IMG/VR virus record: IMGVR_UViG_3300042868_009489
Direction: 5' to 3' (one strand)
Origin: a virus
Length of the DNA stretch: 64,000 bases
The notes below the pieces were generated by a model that searched no databases, had not been told where the DNA came from, and saw nothing but the letters and a program-made list of their open reading frames with translations. Shown piece after piece: positions 1 through 9,848 of the stretch. The position numbers and the translations under genes are program-made. The number at the start of each line of letters is the position of its first letter. The first letter of the stretch is position 1.

Positions 1-4
1 TTCA

Positions 5-1282
5 TTGCAGTATTCTTATCGTCGATCTTTTTGGTCTGATGATAATGATCTAATGCCAATCCAGTTTATATTCATATCTCCATTTGCATGCCCCGAAGAC
101 TACTTACACTTGTTTGCAAATATGGAATTTGAACTTCCAAATTTAGATGAACTTTCGACAGTGCTTGCACATATTGAAACTTCTACAGATTCCTTGGTCT
201 TTGATTCATCCAAAAAACAACAAATCGCTAAAGCTGGTTTAGGTTTAACTGAGTCTTCTTTTATTAATCTTTGTTTAACTTCTGTTATTGATACTGGGAC
301 AGTTGATCCAGAAGTTATTTATAATATGAAAATGGCTGATATTAAACGTAATGGTATATTGGAAATTAAAAAGCCAACTATAACATTTGATCAAATTGGC
401 GGTCTTGATAACATCAAGCAGATAATCAATCGTAATGCCGTTCTTTGGCATAACCCAGAAAAAGCTAAAGAGTTTGGTGTTTCGCCAATTGCTCGGATGC
501 TCATGGTTGGCGTTCCAGGTACCGGTAAGTCTGCTATTTGTGAAGCTACTGCAAATGCTCTTGGTTTAGACTTAGCGCGTACGGGCGTTAGTCAAGTTAT
601 GAATTCTTTCGTTGGCCAATCAGAAGCTAATATGCGTAATGTATTTAAGCAGATTGGTGTAATGGCTCCATTGTGTGTTTGGATTGACGAGTTTGGTCGG
701 GACTTATCTGGTGGTGCAAGTTCTTCCCATGTAGATGGTGGCACTACTGATCGCGTTCACGGAGAATTCTTAACTGGTTTACAGGAGCTTCCAAAGAATG
801 TCTTCTTGATGTGTGCTGCTAATCAGCTAGAAAACCTTCGTCCAGAAATGCTTCGTGCAGATCGATTTGATAAAATAATGTTTGTTGGTCTTCCATCTTT
901 CATGGAAAGAATCGATATTATTAAAATTTATCTTGATGGTATAAACACTGATCATGCATTTGACTATGAACAATTATCTGAAGCAACCCAGTATTTCACT
1001 GGTGCTGAAATTAAATCTTTAATTAAAGAAACTAAATTTAATATTGCTCTTGGCGAAATGCGCACTATAACAACTCAAGATATTGTTAAAACTGCACCTA
1101 CCATTCGTAATATATTATGGAATAAAAGTCGTCAAATGATTCAAGATTTGTACGCTACCGCAATCGAACAATGGGATTGGGCCTCGACAGATCAGTTTAA
1201 TGATGCTAAACTAGTAGTAAGCGGAAGTCCACTTACTAGTTCCAAGACAACTAATAAATCACTTCAATGGACTACGAAATAA
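5..1282 (+). CDS. AAA+ ATPase, Ycf46/FtsH/Cdc48-like (5' end probably truncated by window)
   Basis: Walker A VGVPGTGKSAIC, Walker B-like LCVWIDEF, and downstream RADRFDKIMFVGLP sensor/arginine region typical of the FtsH/Cdc48 clade. Confidence 0.85.
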   Translation: MQYSYRRSFWSDDNDLMPIQFIFISPFACPEDYLHLFANMEFELPNLDELSTVLAHIETSTDSLVFDSSKKQQIAKAGLGLTESSFINLCLTSVIDTGTVDPEVIYNMKMADIKRNGILEIKKPTITFDQIGGLDNIKQIINRNAVLWHNPEKAKEFGVSPIARMLMVGVPGTGKSAICEATANALGLDLARTGVSQVMNSFVGQSEANMRNVFKQIGVMAPLCVWIDEFGRDLSGGASSSHVDGGTTDRVHGEFLTGLQELPKNVFLMCAANQLENLRPEMLRADRFDKIMFVGLPSFMERIDIIKIYLDGINTDHAFDYEQLSEATQYFTGAEIKSLIKETKFNIALGEMRTITTQDIVKTAPTIRNILWNKSRQMIQDLYATAIEQWDWASTDQFNDAKLVVSGSPLTSSKTTNKSLQWTTK

Positions 1283-1291
1283 GGAGCTAAT

Positions 1292-1924
1292 ATGAGTAAC
1301 CCTCAGCAGGAACAATTATTTGATGAAAGTATTTTTGAAGAAAATTTTAAACCAGATACTCCACCATCAACTGAAAAATCTTATGAAAAAGATCTTTATA
1401 AAAAATGGTTTCGTTCTAAAACCCAAAGCGGTTTTCTTTCGATAAGACCATGGTTTGCTGGAATGAAGTTTAGAATTGATATTGGTAAAATATCTAACGA
1501 TGGAAAGCTAGCTGGCAACACTCATGTATTTGTTGATGCTGTAGACTTTGCAGCATGGCTTCGTTCAGTTATTAATGGAACTGCTAAGCTTGCCTATAAG
1601 GCTAATGCTAAGACTGGTGTTCTTACTGATGAAGGTTTTGTTTCCTATGGTGGAGCTGAAGTTCAAGGTAAGCCTATTAGTAGAATATTTAAAATTCATC
1701 ATTGGCAAAATAATGAAACCTTTGACCAAGATGCTTTTGTTTTCAAGACTGGGCATTTTAACGCTAAGAAGACTGATAGTGGTGCGTTTCTTCCTGATAT
1801 GAAATCACCGATTTCTGTTGATAGCATTAAGGTTACAAGGCAAGAACTGCATTCTATAGCATATTTAGTTGATCTTGCTTTGTCTTCCCACGTAACTAAC
1901 AAAACAGATTGGTATGAAGTATGA
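1292..1924 (+). CDS. hypothetical protein
   Basis: Long ORF starting 10 nt after the AAA+ stop; overlaps next ORF by ATGA. Confidence 0.7.
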   Translation: MSNPQQEQLFDESIFEENFKPDTPPSTEKSYEKDLYKKWFRSKTQSGFLSIRPWFAGMKFRIDIGKISNDGKLAGNTHVFVDAVDFAAWLRSVINGTAKLAYKANAKTGVLTDEGFVSYGGAEVQGKPISRIFKIHHWQNNETFDQDAFVFKTGHFNAKKTDSGAFLPDMKSPISVDSIKVTRQELHSIAYLVDLALSSHVTNKTDWYEV

Positions 1925-2310
1925 GCGATGAACAAAGTGGTATTCCAGACTATACAGATATTGAGCTTTTAAGAAAAGCAGTTAATGATATTGTTTTAGC
2001 AATGGCTGCTCAATTCGATAACAAAATTGAAAAGTTAGATAAAGTTATGGAATCTTACGAACAACAGATTGCTACTTTAGCCACTGGATTTGCTGAACAA
2101 GCTGTATTTATTGAAGCTTTATTAGGTCAATTAAATTTTGCTTCTGATGAGGCAAAGAAAAACTTTCATGATTCTGTCCATGATGCACGACAGAAGATGT
2201 TTAACATTATGAAGGAAGGCGCTAATGGAATCGTGGCAGACCAAAATCCAAGACTTGCCTCAGCCATTGAAGACGTGGTTGATTCCAAGTCTCCTAACAC
2301 CACCGAATAA
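1921..2310 (+). CDS. hypothetical coiled-coil protein
   Basis: ATGA overlap with upstream gene. Confidence 0.65.
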   Translation: MSDEQSGIPDYTDIELLRKAVNDIVLAMAAQFDNKIEKLDKVMESYEQQIATLATGFAEQAVFIEALLGQLNFASDEAKKNFHDSVHDARQKMFNIMKEGANGIVADQNPRLASAIEDVVDSKSPNTTE

Positions 2311-2496
2311 TACAGTATCTGTTTTATTTGTTGATCCCAATTCTTTAGAGTTGGTTAATACGTTATCTTCATTGCGTATTATATATCCGGTGGTTAAATC
2401 TTTGTATCCAGAGATGCAGTCTATCCATTTGCTTTCTTCTTCTTTGATGTTTTTCATGAAAAATAACACATTAGAATTCCATTCAATTGAGGTTTT

Positions 2497-3138
2497 ATGA
2501 TTATAAATAGCATTACAGATCTTACTCAGGCAAATGAAATCATTAATAGTATTTTAAATAATACAAATGAACTTTTGCCTTTAGACCAATTTACGCACAA
2601 CTGCATTATCAATGATCGGGTTGATTATTTAAAGCATGTTGTGAGGGCAGATCATACCTATGATGAGTATGTTGCTTCATATGTTACTGAGCATGGTGAA
2701 CTAACAAATGACCATCTTAATTATGGAATAACTGAATATCCAGAAGTTTTTCAAATGATTTATCCATTTTCTAAAAATCATTTCTTTAAAACTTTTTATT
2801 CAAATGTTTTACCTAGCGTTATGAATTCTTATTATTCTTACATGAAAAAAAATAATAGAATAATGCAAATTGGTTCTGGTGCTGGAAAATGCCTTTTGAT
2901 TAAACCTGTCTACTTTTCAGAAGAAGACCTTAACGCAATTAAGTTGTTAGAAGTTAGTTATTCTACAATGTCTCAATTGCTTGTTCACGCTACTGATCAC
3001 CTAGCTAAACAAGAGAACGACATTAAGTTTTTGTTAGATAAAGTTGAATCTTCTCAATCTTATTCTAAGTTTCTTGAAAAGAAAATAGAAATTTTAGAAA
3101 CTCAACTTGTTAATCATACTATGCATACCTGGAGATAA
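2497..3138 (+). CDS. hypothetical protein
   Basis: 213 aa ORF in same-strand gene train. Confidence 0.65.
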   Translation: MIINSITDLTQANEIINSILNNTNELLPLDQFTHNCIINDRVDYLKHVVRADHTYDEYVASYVTEHGELTNDHLNYGITEYPEVFQMIYPFSKNHFFKTFYSNVLPSVMNSYYSYMKKNNRIMQIGSGAGKCLLIKPVYFSEEDLNAIKLLEVSYSTMSQLLVHATDHLAKQENDIKFLLDKVESSQSYSKFLEKKIEILETQLVNHTMHTWR

Positions 3139-3140
3139 TA

Positions 3141-4109
3141 ATGAGTAGAGCAAATTTCCAACATACTTTAAGTAACGGTATTAAAATTAATTTTGTTTTA
3201 AATGAAGATATTCCAATTAACTATTGTTATTGGGATACGGTTACCGATTATCAGTCTTATAAAACAATAAAAGAATCTGATTTATCTTTATCTGATTTAA
3301 CATTTAATATTATTTATAATATTCCACAAAATACTACAATTAGTAGTGTTAGTGATAATATTGAAACAATATTTAAACAATACATATCAAAATCTACTTC
3401 AGAAGTTTTTAGGCAGGTTCCTAATTTTGATAGTAAGATTCCTAGTTGGACTACTTATAATCCACAGTATAAAATGTTTTCTTTTGAATCTGAGTTATTT
3501 TTTAAACTTAAAGTAGACACTTCTTCTATTCGCCAATGTTCTTATTTAACAACTCCTCAACAAGTTTCAGATGATTATCAATATGCAAACTTGAGTAAAA
3601 AATCAAATTGTTCTAATAAGTTAATTACTAAAGATTCAATTAACCCAACACCTTGCATATTTGCTTCAGGTGCTTTTTCTTCTATTTATTTTTTAACCAC
3701 TTGTTCTGGTTATCAGTCTGATGAAAAAGTTATTTACACCAATCTTCTTACTCACAAAACAAGTGGTAATTCTTTTAGTGTAGATGCTGTTTTTTATAGA
3801 ACTTTAGAAAATATTTACAAAGTAGATATAGTTAACACAACTACTAATGTTGTATTTTCTACTTTAAGTTATGATTCAATATCTTTTCCTAAAGACAAAT
3901 CTAATCTTTATGAAGAAATTTTAACCAAGCTTAACCATGTATTAGATTCATATAAAGAAGATTACGATATAGAAACTACTTACTCTTATGTAGATTCTAA
4001 TGTTACTTCTGTTTCTGTTAATATAAAATCAAAGAATAGTTATATCTCTAATTTACTATCTAAGGACTCTCATGTCGTTCAAAACAATAAAGTATTTCAA
4101 ACAATCTGA
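3141..4109 (+). CDS. hypothetical protein
   Basis: 322 aa ORF, tightly packed with neighbours. Confidence 0.65.
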   Translation: MSRANFQHTLSNGIKINFVLNEDIPINYCYWDTVTDYQSYKTIKESDLSLSDLTFNIIYNIPQNTTISSVSDNIETIFKQYISKSTSEVFRQVPNFDSKIPSWTTYNPQYKMFSFESELFFKLKVDTSSIRQCSYLTTPQQVSDDYQYANLSKKSNCSNKLITKDSINPTPCIFASGAFSSIYFLTTCSGYQSDEKVIYTNLLTHKTSGNSFSVDAVFYRTLENIYKVDIVNTTTNVVFSTLSYDSISFPKDKSNLYEEILTKLNHVLDSYKEDYDIETTYSYVDSNVTSVSVNIKSKNSYISNLLSKDSHVVQNNKVFQTI

Positions 4110-5394
4110 TGAGAATAGCAACAATTTAGTTATATTAGATGCTTGGCAAACGAGAGTAACAAAAGATATTACTCCCGATTCTAATAAAAGTATAAATTCT
4201 GTTACTTTAAGAATTGTTGGAAATAGCTATCAGTTTTCTTGGCATGATTTTGCAAGAAGCATTCAGCAAGCGCCAGACTATATTACCGATTTAACAGGCG
4301 CGCCAATGCCAATTGCTATACGAGGAATCGAAAATAATACATACATAATTGAGCGTCCTCCCTTTAAAACATCTGTTAGGCTTAGTTCCTTAAGAGCTGC
4401 TAAGGTAAAAAATGAAGCTTCTGTTCTTTGTGATGTTTGGATTCCTTGGACTGTTTCTATTCTTACTATGCCTAATGAACAGAATCCTATTCCTTCTTTA
4501 AGAATGTTGTATAACGATGGTCCACTATCTTCTTATGAAGATAATTTAGTTACTCCATGGACTCCAAACTTTCATCATACTGGAGACATTTGCTTAGGTC
4601 AAACTACTGCTAATTTTATGGATGCAGTTTCCCAAAAAATTATAAACCCCAAAAACGTTAGTGAAGTATATCATTATTTAGTAAATGATTATTTTAATGG
4701 CGGTTGGAATTTAGATTTGGGAGGCGGTCATATTCATGATATTTGCAATTATTCTCTTGGAAAGTTTACAAACGATCCTTTAGGTGATCCAGATTTAGCT
4801 GCTAGAGCTGCTAGCGCAAAAATTAAAATTAGAGATGTTAAAAACAGTCGATCTAGAGAATCAACGAGAATAAAAAACGCATATCTTACTTGGGGTTTAA
4901 TGGATTTGCCAGAAGTTTTACATGCTGTTGGCGAATACAGAAAAATGAACAGAGCATCTTTTAATATTAAGAATGTTCTTTTTCAAGAAAAACACAAAGA
5001 CAAAATAAACGAAAGAGAATCTATTACATCTCTTATACGTTCTATTCATTTATCTGATTCTCGTTCTGTTAAAACTGGAGTTGATTGGTGTATTGTTGTT
5101 TACTTTTCAAAAGAAGTTATTGTAGATGTTTTCATTGAGCAAGATGTAAATAATTCACGTGAGTCAGTTGAATTTCATTCTTCTATTTATTCTAACTCTC
5201 TTTGTGAAGGTATTGCAAAACATTTAATTGAAGAAAATGAAGAACTATTTCTTTCTTCTATAAAATCTTCATTAGAAATTATTGCAAACAATATCCTTCA
5301 AGGTTCAACTGAATCTCAAAAAATAGAACTTAATTTTAATGATATTGTTAACGTTAAAGAACATTCTAATTCTACTTTAGAAGAGAAGGTTTAA
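4072..5394 (+). CDS. hypothetical protein with possible E2/UBC-like core
   Basis: VPWT...PWTPNFHHTGDICLGQ resembles the UBC motif HPNxxxxGxICL; paralogous to next ORF. Confidence 0.55.
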   Translation: MSFKTIKYFKQSDENSNNLVILDAWQTRVTKDITPDSNKSINSVTLRIVGNSYQFSWHDFARSIQQAPDYITDLTGAPMPIAIRGIENNTYIIERPPFKTSVRLSSLRAAKVKNEASVLCDVWIPWTVSILTMPNEQNPIPSLRMLYNDGPLSSYEDNLVTPWTPNFHHTGDICLGQTTANFMDAVSQKIINPKNVSEVYHYLVNDYFNGGWNLDLGGGHIHDICNYSLGKFTNDPLGDPDLAARAASAKIKIRDVKNSRSRESTRIKNAYLTWGLMDLPEVLHAVGEYRKMNRASFNIKNVLFQEKHKDKINERESITSLIRSIHLSDSRSVKTGVDWCIVVYFSKEVIVDVFIEQDVNNSRESVEFHSSIYSNSLCEGIAKHLIEENEELFLSSIKSSLEIIANNILQGSTESQKIELNFNDIVNVKEHSNSTLEEKV

Positions 5395-5395
5395 T

Positions 5396-6445
5396 ATGAT
5401 TTCTAAATTTAAATATTCTTATATTTCATTTGATAAGAATCATAGCTTGTGGGATGAAGATCCAATTGTAGACATTTCTTTAAGTTATACTTCTTATAAT
5501 CTTGACTATGATTTTAACTCAAATGAAAAGTTAAGTATTGATAAAGGATTTGTTAAATCTCTTATTGATACTAATAAAAAACAAATTGTTTCCAATGTTG
5601 TTCCTCCAGCTATTAAGTATCATTCTAACGGTGTTATTGTCTTTGAGCGTCCTCCCTCTTATCAGGTGATACAGTATGCTCCCCAAAGTGTTAGTAATTT
5701 AAATGATGATACTCCAATTTATGTTTACAGAATTGCAGTTCCTTGGCAGTTGTATATAATGACTTATGACCCTAATAAATATTTTTGTAATTCTGTTCGA
5801 ATGTATTTCATGAAGTCTTCTCTGAATTCTCCAGAACAAAATATTTACATGCCACCAATTCCTAATTTCTTTACTAATGGACTGTTATGCAGGCCTATGT
5901 TTGATAACATGGATGATATAGATGGTTATTCAAAAGACCTTTCTGGGGTCATCGCTTCTGCTTATGACTGGATTTGGAATACTGGTTTTAATCACGATTT
6001 AACTGAAAACTTTTATCATGTTATTAGGCAGAAAAAACCAGTTCAACTTATGACTAGTTATTCAAATTTAGAAAACGTTAACACTCATGGGTATTACAGG
6101 GGAATGAGTCCATCTCATATTCGAGCTATTTTAGGAGATTGGGAATCTTTAGACTTAGACAATATCTTAGATCTTGATTGGCCTAATCCTTCTTTGACTC
6201 AAACCTTTGAAGGTGACAGAGGATATTATTACGAATACGATCCAGAACGTTTTGATATAGATACTGATTGTGATGATCCTGCTGAATCTATTGATGTTTC
6301 AGATCTTTATAATGAATCTCAAACATATCGTCAAATGATTCAAGCATTTTTAGAAGGTGAAGAATCTCCAATAATGTCTTCAGCTAGCATTGATAAGAGT
6401 TTTCTTGAATCAATTAATTCTTTAAAAAGTTCTGTTTTGATTTGA
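5396..6445 (+). CDS. paralogue of 4072..5394
   Basis: Shares ERPP, VPW, and MPPIPNFFTNGLLC patterns with the upstream protein. Confidence 0.6.
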   Translation: MISKFKYSYISFDKNHSLWDEDPIVDISLSYTSYNLDYDFNSNEKLSIDKGFVKSLIDTNKKQIVSNVVPPAIKYHSNGVIVFERPPSYQVIQYAPQSVSNLNDDTPIYVYRIAVPWQLYIMTYDPNKYFCNSVRMYFMKSSLNSPEQNIYMPPIPNFFTNGLLCRPMFDNMDDIDGYSKDLSGVIASAYDWIWNTGFNHDLTENFYHVIRQKKPVQLMTSYSNLENVNTHGYYRGMSPSHIRAILGDWESLDLDNILDLDWPNPSLTQTFEGDRGYYYEYDPERFDIDTDCDDPAESIDVSDLYNESQTYRQMIQAFLEGEESPIMSSASIDKSFLESINSLKSSVLI

Positions 6446-6506
6446 TTTTACTTATTTTTAATGATACTATATAGAGTCATATAAACTTTTAAAAAGGTAT
6501 TAAAAA

Positions 6507-6812
6507 ATGGCCAAAAATAAAACATCAGAACCAATGTTTACTAGATCTGAAATTGCTAATATTTTAAATGTTTCTTCTTTAACTATTGCCAATAGAGAAA
6601 AAAGCAATAAGTATCCTGAACCAAAAAGGGATATGAATAGTTATAGAGTCTATACTTTAAATGATATTTTTAATTTGCAGTTGATTACTTACAATTTAAT
6701 TGACCCTAAACCAATTATATCCATCCTTTATGATAAAGGGTATAGGGATACAAAGTTTCTTGGCGAAATGATTGATAATGTAATATCAAGAAGGAACACT
6801 AATAATGTCTAA
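6507..6812 (+). CDS. MerR/excisionase-like helix-turn-helix protein
   Basis: FTRSEIANILNVSSLTIANREKSNKYPEP...YRVYTLNDI. Confidence 0.6.
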   Translation: MAKNKTSEPMFTRSEIANILNVSSLTIANREKSNKYPEPKRDMNSYRVYTLNDIFNLQLITYNLIDPKPIISILYDKGYRDTKFLGEMIDNVISRRNTNNV

Positions 6813-7044
6813 TAATGAACATACAGATCAACAGCAAAACTCTTTAGTTCCTAAAATAGATGAAACGACTTCTAGCGATAGTATTCAAGAATTAAAATCT
6901 GGAATATTTAGTATTTTTATAAGTCTATATAATCATTTATCCACAAAAGTAGGACCTACTGAGGCAATGAAGTATTGTATACTTTATCTACAAGAAATAA
7001 TTAACAATTTTCAAACCGTTCTTGACGGTGAGAAAAATAAATAA
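6805..7044 (+). CDS. hypothetical protein
   Basis: ORF overlapping the previous stop. Confidence 0.5.
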   Translation: MSNNEHTDQQQNSLVPKIDETTSSDSIQELKSGIFSIFISLYNHLSTKVGPTEAMKYCILYLQEIINNFQTVLDGEKNK

Positions 7045-7064
7045 CCAAAACACATAAACCACTA

Positions 7065-7526
7065 TTGGAGAAAAATATGATAGACCCAAAGAATGTAATA
7101 AGCCTTACTGGTGGAGTAGTCTCTGACCCAGAACTTATTAATGATAAAATTGCAAAGTTCAGAATGGCAGTTGATTATGCTGGTTCCGAAAAAGGAAGCC
7201 AAAATAATTCAGGCTATTTTGACATAGTATATTACCTCAAAGATGGTACTGACTTTGCAACAAAGAATGCGTCTTTCCTACACACCCAAATTACTTCTGG
7301 AAAAATGAAGAAGGGTTCATCGATTCAACTAGTTGGACGTTTGGTGCAAGAGCGTTGGCAACAAGATAATAACAACCGTTCACGTGTTGTTGTTGTTGCT
7401 GAATCTGTTTCGTACATCATGAGTGGCGGTGCACCAAAAACTGCTACTGCTACTGGAGCAACAACAACAGCTACAGGAGCTACCTCTTCAACTGAAGAAT
7501 TTAATTCGGTTCCTAGCCAGTTCTAA
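7065..7526 (+). CDS. ssb: single-stranded DNA-binding protein
   Basis: OB-fold pattern NVISLTGGVVSDPEL...FRMAVDYA...FDIVYY...KGSSIQLVGRLVQERW. Confidence 0.8.
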   Translation: MEKNMIDPKNVISLTGGVVSDPELINDKIAKFRMAVDYAGSEKGSQNNSGYFDIVYYLKDGTDFATKNASFLHTQITSGKMKKGSSIQLVGRLVQERWQQDNNNRSRVVVVAESVSYIMSGGAPKTATATGATTTATGATSSTEEFNSVPSQF

Positions 7527-8275
7527 TGGATTTAGAATTCAGCGAAGCTGAACTGAATTCTTTGATCGAAGAAGCTCTGTCTTCAGACAGCTCTAAGTTT
7601 ATTCCTAAATCAGGATTACATTTAGGGTTTATGGAGACAGAGCTTCTAGAAATCGTTTATAATAACTTAACTGGTTTAATTCACGACTCTGCATTAACAA
7701 CTCTATTTAAAGATATTCGTTCAGAACTTCTTTCTAGAAAAGTTAATTACAAGATCAAAGACTTTCATACAGTCACTAAGAATTGTAGCAAATGTGATGT
7801 TGGATCTATTAGTCCGGAACTTCCAAAGTGGAATGTAACTAATCCAGATGTTTTGTTTGTAATAGATTCACCTAATATGCAGCAAGAGGTGGTAAGTTTA
7901 CTTTTAAAGTTTTTAAAAGAAGCTGGATTTGACTCTACTAAAGTTTGTTTAACTTACGTTAATAGATGTCCAGTAAAAAGAAAATTTACTAATCAAGAAA
8001 TATTTAATTGTTCTCCTTATTTACATACTGAGATTCAACTTTTAAATCCTAAATTGATTGTAACACTAGGATCTTTACCTGCATACACATTGTTTGGCTC
8101 TGAAATCAAAATTAAAGATTATCGTGGTACTGTAAACTGGTTAGGTTACTGGCCAATTATAACCACATATTCTCCAGCATACGCTTTAAAAGCTGGTCAG
8201 TCAGTTTCTGATCATCTTTTATCTGATATAAAAACCGCACATACCTTTGTAAATAAGGAAGAAAAAATATCATGA
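7526..8275 (+). CDS. family-4-like uracil-DNA glycosylase, possibly catalytically altered
   Basis: NPDVLFVID...CLTYVNRCPVKRKFT...CSPYLHTEIQLLNPKLIVTLGSLPAYTLFG...TYSPAYAL. Confidence 0.65.
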   Translation: MDLEFSEAELNSLIEEALSSDSSKFIPKSGLHLGFMETELLEIVYNNLTGLIHDSALTTLFKDIRSELLSRKVNYKIKDFHTVTKNCSKCDVGSISPELPKWNVTNPDVLFVIDSPNMQQEVVSLLLKFLKEAGFDSTKVCLTYVNRCPVKRKFTNQEIFNCSPYLHTEIQLLNPKLIVTLGSLPAYTLFGSEIKIKDYRGTVNWLGYWPIITTYSPAYALKAGQSVSDHLLSDIKTAHTFVNKEEKIS

Positions 8276-8667
8276 TTACAGACATATGGTCCAACGAATA
8301 CTTTGAAAACTTAACACAAGATCAATTGCAGAAGTTTAATGCTTTAGTCTTAAAAGATATAAAGAATGAAACTTCCGAAGAAGAATCTTCTGTGTTATTA
8401 AACAATATAAATTTATGGATGTTTCAATTAAGAATCATACGAAAAGATGTAGAGTTTCAACTTGCTTCTCAGAAATCAAAAGATAAGATAAAAGTTATTG
8501 AATTGACTGATGACAATAAAATTGAAATGAATAAGCATTTTGTTGAATCAAACAAATGGCGAATGGGTGCGATAAGATTTTTAACTGCAATTGAACAAAG
8601 AATGTTGTATGTTAAACTTATCTTAACCGAAAGCGCACATCAAAAAATCTTAGAAAACAACGACTAA
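8272..8667 (+). CDS. hypothetical protein
   Basis: ATGA overlap with upstream gene. Confidence 0.6.
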   Translation: MITDIWSNEYFENLTQDQLQKFNALVLKDIKNETSEEESSVLLNNINLWMFQLRIIRKDVEFQLASQKSKDKIKVIELTDDNKIEMNKHFVESNKWRMGAIRFLTAIEQRMLYVKLILTESAHQKILENND

Positions 8668-8668
8668 T

Positions 8669-9121
8669 ATGATACATAATCTGGTAGACAATATAGGGAG
8701 TAAGGATTCTAATTTTAATCCAGAAAACTCTTATTCTTTTCTACGAGATTATATTTTATACAAACCGTGGCATGTTTATTCTACAAGAGATTATCCATTT
8801 GATGTTATTTCTCATCTAACCAAGTTGTTTACCAGTAGCCAAGGACAAGTGTTCTTAGTGCATCTGGATCCTAACAGTTCTACTATTTGGGCATCTGCTC
8901 CATTGGGTATCTTTAGATACAGAATGGACAGTAACAACTTTTGGCAAGAAGTTGGTTATCTAGATAAGATAAAAGGATTTATTGTAGAAGGTGCTTATTG
9001 GAATAATGGTTTCTTTTATCAGGTTAAAGATAAAGAAAATGTTATTGAAATGAACTTATTAATTGATGATCAGACTTCTATAAGGTATAATTATCCATAC
9101 ACTCCACACAGATCAATTTAG
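8669..9121 (+). CDS. hypothetical protein
   Basis: 150 aa ORF ending at the tRNA-Arg. Confidence 0.6.
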   Translation: MIHNLVDNIGSKDSNFNPENSYSFLRDYILYKPWHVYSTRDYPFDVISHLTKLFTSSQGQVFLVHLDPNSSTIWASAPLGIFRYRMDSNNFWQEVGYLDKIKGFIVEGAYWNNGFFYQVKDKENVIEMNLLIDDQTSIRYNYPYTPHRSI

Positions 9122-9194
9122 CCTCTGTAGCTCAGCTGGATAGAGCAAAACACTTCTAATGTTTAGGTCGTACGTTCAAATCGTACCGGAGGCG
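9121..9194 (+). tRNA. tRNA-Arg (anticodon TCT, reads AGA); CCA not encoded
   Basis: Acceptor GCCTCTG/CGGAGGC, D stem GCTC/GAGC, anticodon loop CTTCTAA, T arm GTACG-TTCAAAT-CGTAC. Confidence 0.88.
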
Positions 9195-9197
9195 CTA

Positions 9198-9497
9198 ATG
9201 GCAAAGCATGAAAAATTCTTTGTAGATTCTTCATTTATAAAGCATTTGGCTTATGACGAAAAATCAAATTCACTCATCGTAACATTTGGTACAGGAAGCA
9301 TTTGGTTATACAAGTCTGTAACTATGCAGATATATAATCGTTTAATTGCTTCTCCGTCTGTTGGAAATTATTTTAATACTAATATTCGAAACAAACATGA
9401 AGCTGAAGTTATAGCCAGAGTTGGCAAGTCTTCAGTAATTGTCTATAGTAAAGGTGAAGAAATTGGCGAAGAAAAGCAGAAAGAACAGGAAGCATAG
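9198..9497 (+). CDS. KTSC-domain protein
   Basis: VDSSFIKHLAYDEKSNSLIVTFGTGSIWLYKSV...ASPSVGNYFNTNI; the ORF track start at 9159 lies inside the tRNA. Confidence 0.7.
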   Translation: MAKHEKFFVDSSFIKHLAYDEKSNSLIVTFGTGSIWLYKSVTMQIYNRLIASPSVGNYFNTNIRNKHEAEVIARVGKSSVIVYSKGEEIGEEKQKEQEA

Positions 9498-9657
9498 CTC
9501 TTATCTAGCTGCCTGGGATAATAGTTTTTCTCTTGTCGATGATTCTTCTTACTATTCTAAGATTCAAAATTCTTACCTATGCTTACCTCATGACGTCAAT
9601 AAAATAGCAGTAGATGTTTTTGGAGCGTTATCTATTAATGCTTCTGATCTGATATAA
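9439..9657 (+). CDS. hypothetical protein
   Basis: 72 aa ORF. Confidence 0.35.
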   Translation: MSIVKVKKLAKKSRKNRKHSSYLAAWDNSFSLVDDSSYYSKIQNSYLCLPHDVNKIAVDVFGALSINASDLI

Positions 9658-9744
9658 AATACATATACATTCTAAAGTGTCAGAAAAGAAGCGATCAATT
9701 CTTTTTTGCGTCCTAAAGATCGCATACAGAAAGAGACAGCGTGC

Positions 9745-9750
9745 TATACT
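9745..9750 (+). promoter_or_regulatory. possible -10 box (TATACT) upstream of tRNA-Gly
   Basis: gtgcTATACTatacttg ends 12 nt before the tRNA; no convincing -35. Confidence 0.35.
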
Positions 9751-9762
9751 ATACTTGTTAAC

Positions 9763-9836
<74 letters not shown>

Positions 9837-9848
9837 AAAGGATACGGT

